Assembly: GCA_026387835.1 (NCBI GenBank)
Contig: JAPLKZ010000010.1
Coordinates: 236,379 to 268,378, forward strand
From: Candidatus Saganbacteria bacterium
GTDB taxonomy: Bacteria > Margulisbacteria > WOR-1 > JAKLHX01
Length of the DNA: 32,000 bases
Direction: 5' to 3'
Notes under the pieces: generated by a model
What the model saw: the letters and a program-made list of their open reading frames with translations, nothing else
Databases searched by the model: none
What the model was told of the DNA's origin: nothing
Shown: positions 7,453-16,562 of the stretch, one piece after another
Position numbering within the stretch: the stretch's first letter is position 1
Layout of the letters: every line of letters starts with the position of its first letter
Program-made: the position numbers and the translations under genes

Positions 7453-7562
7453 CGTTTTTCACCTTTAGATATTGTCAATATTATTGCCCTTGTCCTCGAC
7501 TCCTCCAAAGAGGTTTTTTTTCATCTATATATGTATCGAACAGATATTCCGGAAGTTTCACA

Positions 7563-7571
7563 TGTTATAAT
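7563..7571 (+). promoter_or_regulatory. Extended -10 promoter element (TGTTATAAT) ending 6 nt before the yajQ ATG
   Basis: Sequence catgTTATAATtctcccATG. There is no SD between the -10 element and the start codon. Confidence 0.5.
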
Positions 7572-7577
7572 TCTCCC

Positions 7578-8069
7578 ATGAGCAAAGACGCTTCTTTCGA
7601 CATCGTCTCAAAGGTCAACCTGCCGGAGCTCGACAACGCCCTTCACCAGGTGATGAACGAGATCAGGCAGAGATTTGATTTCAAAGGAAGCACCAGCGAG
7701 GTGACAAAAGAAGGAGATGATCTTGTTTTTGCATCGGAAGATGAATTCAAGCTTAAGAATGTCATTGATATTTTTCATACAAAGATCTCTAAAAGAGGGA
7801 TTTCGCCTAAGTTCTTTGATTTCGGCAAGGTCGAAAGCGCTCTCGGCGGGACGGTGAAGCAGCCCGTAAAGATAAAGACCGGCATCCAGCAGGAAAAGTC
7901 AAAAGAGATAATAAAGATGATAAAAGACGCAAAAATAAAGGTCCAGTCCCAGATCCAGGCCGATCAGATAAGGGTTTCCGGCAAGAACAAAGACGACCTT
8001 CAGCTTGTCATCCAGATGCTGCGTAAGGCAAATCTTGATATCGAGCTTCAATTCGTGAATTACAGGTGA
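7578..8069 (+). CDS. yajQ: YajQ-family nucleotide-binding protein (UPF0234)
   Basis: 163 aa from ATG 7578. MSKDASFDIVSKVNLPELDNALHQVMNEIRQRFDFKG...IRVSGKNKDDLQLVIQMLR is the typical YajQ pattern. The longer ORF-track start at 7446 adds a Cys- and Tyr-rich, non-protein-like leader that overlaps the neighbouring gene. Confidence 0.85.
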   Translation: MSKDASFDIVSKVNLPELDNALHQVMNEIRQRFDFKGSTSEVTKEGDDLVFASEDEFKLKNVIDIFHTKISKRGISPKFFDFGKVESALGGTVKQPVKIKTGIQQEKSKEIIKMIKDAKIKVQSQIQADQIRVSGKNKDDLQLVIQMLRKANLDIELQFVNYR

Positions 8070-8092
8070 TCTTTTCCTGCCGGTACCGCCAC

Positions 8093-8123
8093 TTGACCTG
8101 ACCATATCCAAAGATGCTATAAT
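8093..8123 (+). promoter_or_regulatory. Candidate sigma70-type promoter (TTGACC, 19-nt spacer, TGCTATAAT)
   Basis: The -35-like TTGACC is at 8093-8098 and the extended -10 TGCTATAAT at 8115-8123. It lies upstream of the pgsA-cinA-recA block. Confidence 0.45.
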
Positions 8124-8354
8124 TGATGTAATAAAAGTACTGGCGGGTCAAGAACCTGCCATCTACACTTGATATCTTTTTGAACGCCTGAAGGACGACA
8201 AGGGGGAAGGCATTATATATTAAGATGTCAATCAGAGTAATTAATCCGGACCCAAAGGAGATTTTTTCAGTGATGTTAACAAGACTTTTTGAAGATTTTT
8301 CTTTTTCACCGAAAAAGAAGAACCTGTCATCGCCCGGAAAAAAGGCCTTTGGTC

Positions 8355-8888
8355 ATGATCCGGCCGGTTTTAGGCGTGACTCAGGCTAACCGGATAACGC
8401 TGGTCAGGGTCCTTTTAATCCCCCTCTTCATTTACTTTCTGCTGTCGACGTCGCTTCCTTTAAGCAAATGGATAGCCGCGGGGCTTTTTATCGCCCTTGC
8501 CTCAACTGATGCCCTTGACGGTTTTGTCGCGAGAAAATACGGACAGGTCACCGAACTTGGCAAGCTTATAGACCCTATCGCCGACAAAATGCTTGTCTAT
8601 GCCGCGTTCATGGGATTCGTGCAGATGGGGAAACTCTGGTCCTGGGTAGTCCTGATAATTGTCATGCGGGACTTTGCTGTGATGGGGCTCAGGGTATGGG
8701 CGGCAAAGAAGGGTGAGATAATCCCCGCGGGAGACACGGGAAAATGGAAGACGGCCTTGCAGATGACCGCGATCGTTTTCCTGATCCTTGACTGGCCTGC
8801 CGCAATGCTTTTATTTTTGATATCTTTAATACTTTGTGTCGTGTCCGGATTTGATTATTTCAGGCAAGCGGACCTGAGCGGAGCTTGA
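8355..8888 (+). CDS. pgsA: CDP-diacylglycerol--glycerol-3-phosphate 3-phosphatidyltransferase
   Basis: CDP-alcohol phosphatidyltransferase motif DALDGFVARKYGQVTELGKLIDPIADK, multiple TM helices, and the typical N-terminal ANRITLVRVLLIP. The start is uncertain: ATG 8355 or GTG 8376. The TTG at 8289 is unlikely. Confidence 0.8.
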   Translation: MIRPVLGVTQANRITLVRVLLIPLFIYFLLSTSLPLSKWIAAGLFIALASTDALDGFVARKYGQVTELGKLIDPIADKMLVYAAFMGFVQMGKLWSWVVLIIVMRDFAVMGLRVWAAKKGEIIPAGDTGKWKTALQMTAIVFLILDWPAAMLLFLISLILCVVSGFDYFRQADLSGA

Positions 8889-8889
8889 T

Positions 8890-9435
8890 ATGGACAGCGG
8901 ACAGAACCAGCTGGAAGATTTTTTCAGCAAGATGATGAGCGCGATCGGAAAGACCACCGATCAGGAGATAGCTGACACGCTGACAAAAGAAAAGCTGACG
9001 ATCTCGGTAGCCGAATCCCTGACCGGAGGTCTTATCAGCGAGAGATTGTCCTCTGCTTCGGGAGCGTCGGAATACTTTGTCGGCGGCATAGTCTGCTACA
9101 CGAACAGAGTAAAGGTCATGGACCTTGCGGTCCCTCCTTCACTGATAGTAAAAGAGGGCCCGGTAAGCAGGGAAGTGGCGCTGTTGCTTGCAGAAAATAT
9201 TAGGAAGAAATACAAGACGCACATAGGGCTGTCGGCCACCGGAGTAGCAGGTCCGGCGACCGTCTCCCCGCCAAAACCGATAGGGCTTACATTTGTCGCG
9301 CTGTCGTCCGAAAAAGGCAGTATCTGCAAAGAATTGAATTTGAGCGGGAGCAGGGCCGATATAAGGCAGAAAGCGGCGCAGGGAGCGCTGGGGCTTTTGT
9401 GGCTGCACCTGAGCGGCCAGGATATCGGGCAATGA
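8890..9435 (+). CDS. cinA: CinA-family protein, C-terminal domain only (nicotinamide-nucleotide amidohydrolase PncC-like)
   Basis: 181 aa. LTISVAESLTGGLISERLSSASGASEYFVGGIVCYTN and GLSATGVAGP are CinA/PncC motifs. The start lies 1 nt after the pgsA stop (TGATATG). Confidence 0.8.
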   Translation: MDSGQNQLEDFFSKMMSAIGKTTDQEIADTLTKEKLTISVAESLTGGLISERLSSASGASEYFVGGIVCYTNRVKVMDLAVPPSLIVKEGPVSREVALLLAENIRKKYKTHIGLSATGVAGPATVSPPKPIGLTFVALSSEKGSICKELNLSGSRADIRQKAAQGALGLLWLHLSGQDIGQ

Positions 9436-9545
9436 AGAGTGTAGGATTTTTCGACAGGAAAGTAGGGTTGGCGGGCTGATTGCTCATTATTGACTGATTA
9501 CGGATAAAAAATGCCGTAAATCAAAAAATGAAAGGAGAAATGTTT

Positions 9546-10604
9546 ATGGTTCAAGATGAGAAAGAAAAAGCGCTCGGGATGGCGATCTCACAGATAGAGA
9601 AGAGTTATGGAAAAGGGGCGATCATGAAGATGGGTGATTCCTCAAGGTTCACGGTGGAATCGATCTCAACGGGGATAATTTCCCTTGATTCCGCCCTGGG
9701 AGTGGGAGGCTTCCCGAGGGGAAGGATCGTAGAGATATACGGGCCGGAAGCCGGAGGAAAGACGACCGTATCGCTCCAGGCGATCGGCGCGGCGCAGAAA
9801 AAAGGGGGAATAGCGGCATTCATCGATGCGGAACATGCGCTTGACCCGATCTATGCAAAAAAGCTGGGGGTCGACATCGACAATCTATTGATATCCCAGC
9901 CGGATTACGGTGAACAGGCGCTCGAGATCTGCGAGACCCTTGTCAGGAGCGGAGCGGTAGACATTATTGTCATCGACTCAGTAGCGGCTCTGGTGCCGAA
10001 AGCCGAGATCGAGGGGGAGATGGGCGAATCGCAGATAGGCCTGCAGGCACGTCTGATGTCCAAGGCGCTCAGAAAGCTGACGGCCGTCATCAGCAAATCA
10101 AAGACCGTTGTCATCTTCATCAACCAGTTGAGGGAAAAGATCGGCATCATGTTCGGAAATCCGGAAGTGACGCCCGGAGGGAGAGCGTTAAAATTTTACT
10201 GTTCCGTGCGTCTCGATGTAAGGCCTACCGAAAAGATAAAGGACGGGGATAAGATCATAGGGACCAGAGTAAGGGTAAAGGTCGTGAAGAACAAGGTCGC
10301 TCCCCCGTTCAAAGAAGCTTCGTTCGTCCTCACGCACGGGGAAGGCATCAGCAGGGAAGGAGACCTTCTTGACCTCGCGACGACCTTCGGGATCACGCAG
10401 AAAAGCGGGGCGTGGTTCCTTTTCGGCGACGAAAAACTTGGCCAGGGCTGGGACAATTCAAAGCAGTTCTTAAAGGAACATAAGGACATCTATTCCAAGG
10501 TCGAGGTCGCTGTCAGGAAGATCATCGCTTCGCAGCATCCCGGAGCAAAACCGGCGGTAAAAGAGATCGCGAAAGAAGACGCAAAAAAAAGGAAATATAA
10601 CTGA
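9546..10604 (+). CDS. recA: Recombinase RecA
   Basis: Walker [10 protein letters not shown], plus [18 protein letters not shown] and [24 protein letters not shown] 9546 sits 8 nt after AAAGGAG (9531-9537). The ORF-track start at 9528 lies upstream of that SD. Confidence 0.95.
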   Translation: MVQDEKEKALGMAISQIEKSYGKGAIMKMGDSSRFTVESISTGIISLDSALGVGGFPRGRIVEIYGPEAGGKTTVSLQAIGAAQKKGGIAAFIDAEHALDPIYAKKLGVDIDNLLISQPDYGEQALEICETLVRSGAVDIIVIDSVAALVPKAEIEGEMGESQIGLQARLMSKALRKLTAVISKSKTVVIFINQLREKIGIMFGNPEVTPGGRALKFYCSVRLDVRPTEKIKDGDKIIGTRVRVKVVKNKVAPPFKEASFVLTHGEGISREGDLLDLATTFGITQKSGAWFLFGDEKLGQGWDNSKQFLKEHKDIYSKVEVAVRKIIASQHPGAKPAVKEIAKEDAKKRKYN

Positions 10605-10645
10605 TCCGGATATTGTTCTGATAAATGTAGCAGGAGGGAATTAAC

Positions 10646-12193
10646 ATGAGTTTTATGGCACTTGTTTATACGATACTGGCGGCTGTTGTATTATTCGGCT
10701 TTGGCATCGCGTATCTTGTCCTGCGCAGGCAGCTTGCCGAACAAAAGGTGAGGATAGCCGAAGAGAGCGCGAAAAAGATACTTGAGGACGCGAAAAGGGA
10801 GGCTGACACAAAAAGAAAGGAAGCCATCATAGAGGCAAAGGACGAGGCTCTCCGCATGAGATCGGAATTTGAGAAGGAGAGCAAGGAACGAAAATCCGAG
10901 CTTCTTTCTTTTGAAAAAAGGCTGATGCAGAAAGAAGAGCATCTTGACCAGAAAGAGCAGCAGATAGAAAAGAACGAGACCGCGGTAAAGGCCCGGACCG
11001 AAGAGGTCGCAAAGATAAGGGAAGAGCTGCAAAACGCCCTGAATAAGAACGTGGTGGAACTCGAAAGGGTCGCGGGCCTTTCGAAGGACGAAGGCAAAAG
11101 GATACTTCTCCAAAATCTTGAAAAAGATATAGAAAAAGAAGCGTCGATCCTTATTAAGAACCGCGAAGAACAGGTAAAAAAAGAAGCCGACAGAAAAGCA
11201 AGGGAGATACTCACGACCGCCATTCAAAGGTGCGCCGTGGACCACGTCGTAGAGACGACGGTCACGGTCGTCGAGCTGCCGAGCGATGATCTCAAAGGCA
11301 GGATAATCGGAAAAGAAGGCCGCAATATAAGGGCTTTCGAACAGGCTTCCGGAGTAGACCTGATAGTCGATGATACTCCCGGCGCCGTGATCCTTTCCAG
11401 CTTTGACCCGCTCAGAAGGGAGACCGCCAAGCTGACGCTTGAAAAACTGATCGTGGACGGAAGGATCCATCCTGCCAGGGTCGAAGAAATGTACGAAAAA
11501 TCCAAGCAGGAACTTAAAGTCGCTATGTGGGAATACGGCGAGCGCGCCGCACTTGAATGCGACGTGCACAACCTTCCTCCGGTGCTCATACAGCTCCTCG
11601 GCCGCCTGAGGTTCAGGACAAGCTACGGGCAGAACGTCCTGACACATTCCATAGAGATGGCAAAGCTCTCCGGCATGATAGCCGCGGAGCTCGGGGTTAA
11701 CATCAGGCTGGCAAAAAGGGCCGCGCTTCTTCACGATATAGGAAAAGCCATAGATCAGGAGATCGAAGGGACACATCCTAAACTCGGCGCCATGTTCGCG
11801 CAAAAGGCCGGAGAATCCCCCGAGATCGTACATGCCATCATGGCCCACCATAACGATGAAGAACCCAGGACAATAGAAGCCGTGATCGTCCAGGTGGCGG
11901 ATACGATATCCGCCGGCAGGCCCGGAGCCAGGCGCGATACGCTTGAAGCTTATATCAAGCGCCTTGAAAAACTTGAATCGACCGCGAACTCCTTTGAAGG
12001 CGTTGAAAAGACCTACGCCATACAGGCCGGAAGGGAAGTCAGGGTGGTGGTAAAACCCGATAAGATCGACGATACGACCTCGGCCAAGCTCGCCTATGAC
12101 ATAGCAAGGAAGATCGAACAGGAACTCGAGTATCCCGGCGAGATAAAGGTGACGGTGATAAGGGAGACGAGGAACACGGAAGTGGCAAAATAG
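10646..12193 (+). CDS. rny: Ribonuclease Y
   Basis: 515 aa. N-terminal TM helix, a long charged coiled coil, a KH domain ([17 protein letters not shown]) and an HD domain ([10 protein letters not shown]...LHDIGKA). SD AGGAGGG is present. Confidence 0.93.
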   Translation: MSFMALVYTILAAVVLFGFGIAYLVLRRQLAEQKVRIAEESAKKILEDAKREADTKRKEAIIEAKDEALRMRSEFEKESKERKSELLSFEKRLMQKEEHLDQKEQQIEKNETAVKARTEEVAKIREELQNALNKNVVELERVAGLSKDEGKRILLQNLEKDIEKEASILIKNREEQVKKEADRKAREILTTAIQRCAVDHVVETTVTVVELPSDDLKGRIIGKEGRNIRAFEQASGVDLIVDDTPGAVILSSFDPLRRETAKLTLEKLIVDGRIHPARVEEMYEKSKQELKVAMWEYGERAALECDVHNLPPVLIQLLGRLRFRTSYGQNVLTHSIEMAKLSGMIAAELGVNIRLAKRAALLHDIGKAIDQEIEGTHPKLGAMFAQKAGESPEIVHAIMAHHNDEEPRTIEAVIVQVADTISAGRPGARRDTLEAYIKRLEKLESTANSFEGVEKTYAIQAGREVRVVVKPDKIDDTTSAKLAYDIARKIEQELEYPGEIKVTVIRETRNTEVAK

Positions 12194-12197
12194 GATA

Positions 12198-12971
12198 ATG
12201 ACAAAGATTTTATTTATCGGCGATATCATCGGGAAACCCGGAAGGGAGACAGTAAAAAAGCTCCTGCCTTCTTTGAAGGAGGAATTCTCTGCGGACCTGA
12301 TCATCGCCAACGGAGAGAACGCCGCCGGGGGCATGGGTATCAATGCGAAAAAATATCAGGAACTTATCGATTCCGGTATTGAGATCGTCACTTTGGGCAA
12401 CCATGCCTGGCATAACAAGGATTTCACCAGAGAAATATCAGAATGCCGCAATATCGTCCGGCCCGCAAACTATCCGCCCGGCACTCCAGGAAATGGCAGG
12501 ATCATCTATCGTGGGATTGGCGTGATAAATCTTCTGGGACGTGTATTCATGAAAGAGCTCGATTGCCCGTTCAGGGCGGTCGACAGGATAATCGATGAAC
12601 TTAAAGGGCAGACAAAGATCATCATCGTCGATGTGCACGGAGAAGCGACTTCGGAAAAACAGGCTTTGGGGTGGTATCTTGACGGAAGGGTGAGCGCGGT
12701 GATCGGGACGCACACGCATGTCCAGACAGCCGACGAAAGGATTCTTCCGAACGGAACGGCCTATATCACTGACGCGGGGATGGTAGGTCCGAATAATTCT
12801 GTTATCGGCGTTGATACTACTGCGATAATCGAACGGTTTTTGACCCAGCTGCCGAAAAGGTTCGAGGTGGCAAAAGAAGGGCCGAACGTTTTCAATGCCG
12901 TGGTCCTGGATATTGATGAATCTACGGGAAAAGCCAGGGGGATAAAGAGAATTTTCAGGGTTGTTGAATAG
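12198..12971 (+). CDS. ymdB: YmdB-family metallophosphoesterase (2',3'-cyclic-nucleotide phosphodiesterase, TIGR00282-type)
   Basis: 257 aa. ILFIGDIIGKPGR, ANGENAAGGMGI, GNHAW, VDVHGEATSEK and GTHTHVQTADERIL are metallophosphoesterase motifs in the YmdB arrangement. It sits directly after rny, as in Bacillus. Confidence 0.85.
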   Translation: MTKILFIGDIIGKPGRETVKKLLPSLKEEFSADLIIANGENAAGGMGINAKKYQELIDSGIEIVTLGNHAWHNKDFTREISECRNIVRPANYPPGTPGNGRIIYRGIGVINLLGRVFMKELDCPFRAVDRIIDELKGQTKIIIVDVHGEATSEKQALGWYLDGRVSAVIGTHTHVQTADERILPNGTAYITDAGMVGPNNSVIGVDTTAIIERFLTQLPKRFEVAKEGPNVFNAVVLDIDESTGKARGIKRIFRVVE

Positions 12972-12972
12972 T

Positions 12973-15660
12973 CTATTTCAGGGTTTTTATCCGCTCTTCG
13001 AGGATCGTCTTTTTATTTTGATATTCTTTTAATTTTTCTTTTTCCGCATCGACCAATTCCGGCTTAGCACGTCCGGTAAAATCCTTATTTTCGAGTTTTT
13101 CTTTTGTGCGGCTTATCAATGCGTCCATTTCATCCAGGTGTTTTTGAAGCCTTTCTTTTTCTTTTTCAAAATCTATCAGGCCTTCCAGCGGCACATAGAT
13201 CTCGATATTAGACACAACGGCCGAAGCGCTTTGCTCAGGTTTTTCGCGCAGCCTATCAAGGACTTCGATCTTGCTTGCCTTCGCCAGACTGATCATGTAT
13301 GGGAGCAATTCACGCACGACATCTTTTTGGCCTCCCGCAGATATTATCGCGGATATTTCTTTGTTAGGGGGGACGTTCATCTCGGCCCTGATGTTCCTGA
13401 TAGAGCGGATGATCTCTATCATGAGGGCGACCTTGGCCTCTGTTTTTTCATCGATCAAAGACGGGTTGCTATCTGGCCAATCAGAAAGCATTATGGTCTT
13501 TCCGCCGCCGATTATTGAAAATATTTCTTCAGTCTCGAACGGCATGAACGGATGAAGCAATTTTACCGTCCCCAAAAGAACGGTCTTTAGGACTTTTAAA
13601 GTGTTTTCCTTGTTCGGACTTTGATCGTAAATGCTTTGTTTTGATAATTCCACGAACCAGTCGCAAAATTCGCTCCAGATAAATTCATACAACCTTCTCG
13701 CCGCTTCGCCGAATTCGAATTCTTCAAGAAGCTTTGTTGTCTGGCCGATCGTCCTGTTGAACCTGGACAGGATCCATTTGTCCGCAACGGTCAGCCGACC
13801 GGTATCGAACTTAGTATCGGCCGCCTCACCCTGCATCAGGACAAAACGGGACACGTTCCATATTTTATTGGCAAAGTTCCTTCCTTCAGTGATCTTCTCC
13901 TCGGTAAGCTTGAGGTCCTGCCCTCCGGATGTCACAAGAGAGGTCAGGGCGAAACGGAGCGCGTCCGCCCCCACCCTTTCGATCACATCGATCGGGTCGA
14001 TCACATTGCCGAGCGATTTGCTCATTTTTTTTCCGGAAATATCCCTGATAAGACCGTGTATGAATACTTTGCCAAACGGCTCGCTCCCCATAAAATGAAG
14101 CCCCATCATTATCATCTTCGAGACCCAGAAAGTTATTATGTCATATCCTGTAATAAGGGCTGATGTCGGATAATATGTCTCAAGGTCTTTTGTCTTTTGC
14201 GGCCAGCCAAGGGTCGAGAACGGCCAGAGCGATGACGAGAACCATGTGTCAAGAACATCTTCATCCTGGGAAAGGCTTTTCCCTCCGCAGGCCGGACATT
14301 TTTCCGGGTCCGCTTCGCTGACGATCACTTCCCCGCAGGCGCAGTACCATACCGGTATCCTGTGGCCCCACCAGATCTGCCGTGATATGCACCAATCCTT
14401 CAGGTTCATCATCCAGTCGGTATATACTTTTGACCAGCGTGACGGGATAAACTCAATTTTTTTCTGCTCGACCGCCTCTATCGCTTTTTCGGCAAGAGAA
14501 GCTACTTTCACGAACCATTGGTCGGAAAGGGACGGTTCGATCACCGTCTTACACCGGTAACAGCTGCCCGCGGAATTCTCGTAGTCCTCGATCTTTTCAA
14601 TGGACCCGTTCTCTTCAAGCGCTTTGACTATCGCTTCCCTGGCTTTTTGCCTTTCAAGCCCCTCGATACCGTTTATTCCCTTTTTTTCTTCCGCGCTGAA
14701 CTCTTCGAGTGTTATCTTCGCGTCTTTTGTCAGGATATTGATCTTTGGCAAGTTGTGTCTTGCACCCATATCAAAGTCATTCGGATCATGTGCCGGAGTG
14801 ACTTTTACCGCGCCGGTCCCGAAAGACGGATCGACAAACTCATCTGCAATGACCGGGATTATCCTGTTCACTAAAGGCAGGATCAAGTTTTTGCCTGTCA
14901 AATGTTTATATCTCTCATCATCAGGGTTGACCGCAACGGCAGTATCACCCAGCATAGTCTCGGGTCTTGTCGTCGCCACAACAACGAAATCATTTGTCCC
15001 GGCTGCCGGCTTCTGGTTACCGGCTACTTTATATTTTATGTACCAGAGCTTACCCTTCCTGGTCTCATGCTCAACTTCAATGTCCGATATCGCTGTTTTG
15101 CACCTGGGGCACCAGTTGACCATCCTTTTGCCGCGGTAGATCAGGCCTTCTTTGTATAACGACACAAACGCTTTCCTGACGGCTTTGGACAGGCCTTCGT
15201 CCATCGTGAAGCGCTCTCTTTTCCAGTCACACGAAGCCCCGAGCCTTCTCAGCTGTTTTGTTATCGTCGAGCCGTAAAGGCCTTTCCATTTCCATACTCT
15301 CTTCTCGAACTCCTCCCTGCCTATGTCCTCTTTCTTTTTCTTTTCTTTTGACAGGTCTTTTTCTACGACGTTCTGCGTCGCTATCCCGGCATGGTCGGTT
15401 CCTGGGACCCATAGGGTCTTATAACCCTGCATCCTGCGGAACCTTATGAGGATATCCTGGAGAGTATTATCAAGGGCATGCCCCATATGCAAGGAACCGG
15501 TCACGTTGGGCGGAGGTATAACAATGACAAACTTCCCTAGATTAGTGTTCTGGTGAGCGGTCGTGGGGCCGTCCGGCGAGAAAAAACCGCTTTCCTCCCA
15601 GATCTTGTACCATTTGCCTTCGACTTTGGTCTGGTCGTATGTCTTGGACAGTTCCATCAT
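12973..15660 (-). CDS. valS: Valine--tRNA ligase
   Basis: Class I HIGH (PPPNVTGSLHMGHA) and KMSKS (GKKMSKSLGN) motifs, with a C-terminal coiled coil. ATG 15660 overlaps the upstream gene's TGA (ATGA). The ORF-track start at 15693 lies inside the upstream gene. Confidence 0.95.
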   Translation of the reverse strand: MMELSKTYDQTKVEGKWYKIWEESGFFSPDGPTTAHQNTNLGKFVIVIPPPNVTGSLHMGHALDNTLQDILIRFRRMQGYKTLWVPGTDHAGIATQNVVEKDLSKEKKKKEDIGREEFEKRVWKWKGLYGSTITKQLRRLGASCDWKRERFTMDEGLSKAVRKAFVSLYKEGLIYRGKRMVNWCPRCKTAISDIEVEHETRKGKLWYIKYKVAGNQKPAAGTNDFVVVATTRPETMLGDTAVAVNPDDERYKHLTGKNLILPLVNRIIPVIADEFVDPSFGTGAVKVTPAHDPNDFDMGARHNLPKINILTKDAKITLEEFSAEEKKGINGIEGLERQKAREAIVKALEENGSIEKIEDYENSAGSCYRCKTVIEPSLSDQWFVKVASLAEKAIEAVEQKKIEFIPSRWSKVYTDWMMNLKDWCISRQIWWGHRIPVWYCACGEVIVSEADPEKCPACGGKSLSQDEDVLDTWFSSSLWPFSTLGWPQKTKDLETYYPTSALITGYDIITFWVSKMIMMGLHFMGSEPFGKVFIHGLIRDISGKKMSKSLGNVIDPIDVIERVGADALRFALTSLVTSGGQDLKLTEEKITEGRNFANKIWNVSRFVLMQGEAADTKFDTGRLTVADKWILSRFNRTIGQTTKLLEEFEFGEAARRLYEFIWSEFCDWFVELSKQSIYDQSPNKENTLKVLKTVLLGTVKLLHPFMPFETEEIFSIIGGGKTIMLSDWPDSNPSLIDEKTEAKVALMIEIIRSIRNIRAEMNVPPNKEISAIISAGGQKDVVRELLPYMISLAKASKIEVLDRLREKPEQSASAVVSNIEIYVPLEGLIDFEKEKERLQKHLDEMDALISRTKEKLENKDFTGRAKPELVDAEKEKLKEYQNKKTILEERIKTLK

Positions 15661-16550
15661 AAATAGTTTTCGATGATGCGGGAGGAACTCCATTCCTCCA
15701 GTTTCAGATATTCTTTCATCCCGGCAAAAGTGGCGTCTTTCGGGATGAGGCCGATGATCTCACTCCCAAGGACAGCTATTTCCTTTTTTATTGCTTCTGC
15801 CTTTACCGCATCGAATACCTGTTTGATAGATGATGATTTATAATTCACTATGTTCACTGCCACCTGGACGATGCTTTTGCTCTCCAAAGGGACGCCTATC
15901 GCGCGCACACCGCGAAGTCCGCCGTTCTTTTCCCTGATCTTTTCGGCGATGTCTTTTGCCGCCTGAAGATCATCCGTTTCCAGATCCACGTTGAACGCTA
16001 TCAGTATGTCCCTTGCCCCGATAGCGACCGCGCCCGCTGTCGGATGCAGCTTTGCAGGGCCGAAATCCGGCTTGCCTTCAGGTGTGCATATTCTCTCTGC
16101 AACGCCTTCCAGGCCGCCCTTGCGCACTGCCGACAGTTCTTTTCTTTCGGGAAAACGCGCGATATTGCCGTATATATAGACCGGTATGCCGAGCTCGTCC
16201 GCGATATTGCGCGAGATCTCGTCGCGTATCTTCACGCAGTCGTTGAACGTGGCTTTTCTTATCGGGATGAAAGGGATCACGTCGACCGCTCCCATGCACG
16301 GGTGCACGCCTTTATGGTCATTGAAATTTATGATCTGGACCGCTTTTTTAACCCCCTGGAATATCCCTTCGCACAGCTCGTCCCCCTCGCCAAAAACGGT
16401 AACCACCAGCCTTCCGTGATCGGTGTCATAAGAATAGTCCGCGACTTTTATGCGCGTACCCGCTGACCGGATCGAATTGACGATCGGCTGGATACAGTCG
16501 ATATTTTGCCCGACAGAAAAATTGGGGACTGATTCGATTATTTTTTCCAT
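15657..16550 (-). CDS. ftcD: Glutamate formimidoyltransferase (FTCD N-terminal domain type, no cyclodeaminase domain)
   Basis: 297 aa. The N-terminus IESVPNFSVGQN and the overall two-subdomain length and pattern fit formiminotransferase. Confidence 0.75.
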   Translation of the reverse strand: MEKIIESVPNFSVGQNIDCIQPIVNSIRSAGTRIKVADYSYDTDHGRLVVTVFGEGDELCEGIFQGVKKAVQIINFNDHKGVHPCMGAVDVIPFIPIRKATFNDCVKIRDEISRNIADELGIPVYIYGNIARFPERKELSAVRKGGLEGVAERICTPEGKPDFGPAKLHPTAGAVAIGARDILIAFNVDLETDDLQAAKDIAEKIREKNGGLRGVRAIGVPLESKSIVQVAVNIVNYKSSSIKQVFDAVKAEAIKKEIAVLGSEIIGLIPKDATFAGMKEYLKLEEWSSSRIIENYL

Positions 16551-16562
16551 GTGTTTAGCGGT

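Noticed and set aside
10691-12343. 550-aa minus-strand ORF, with the smaller 10666-11223 and 11224-11589 ORFs
   Set aside because: They are antisense to rny, whose TM, KH and HD domains are unambiguous. The translations are low-complexity (F/L/R/G-rich), as expected from the complement of a Lys/Glu-rich gene.
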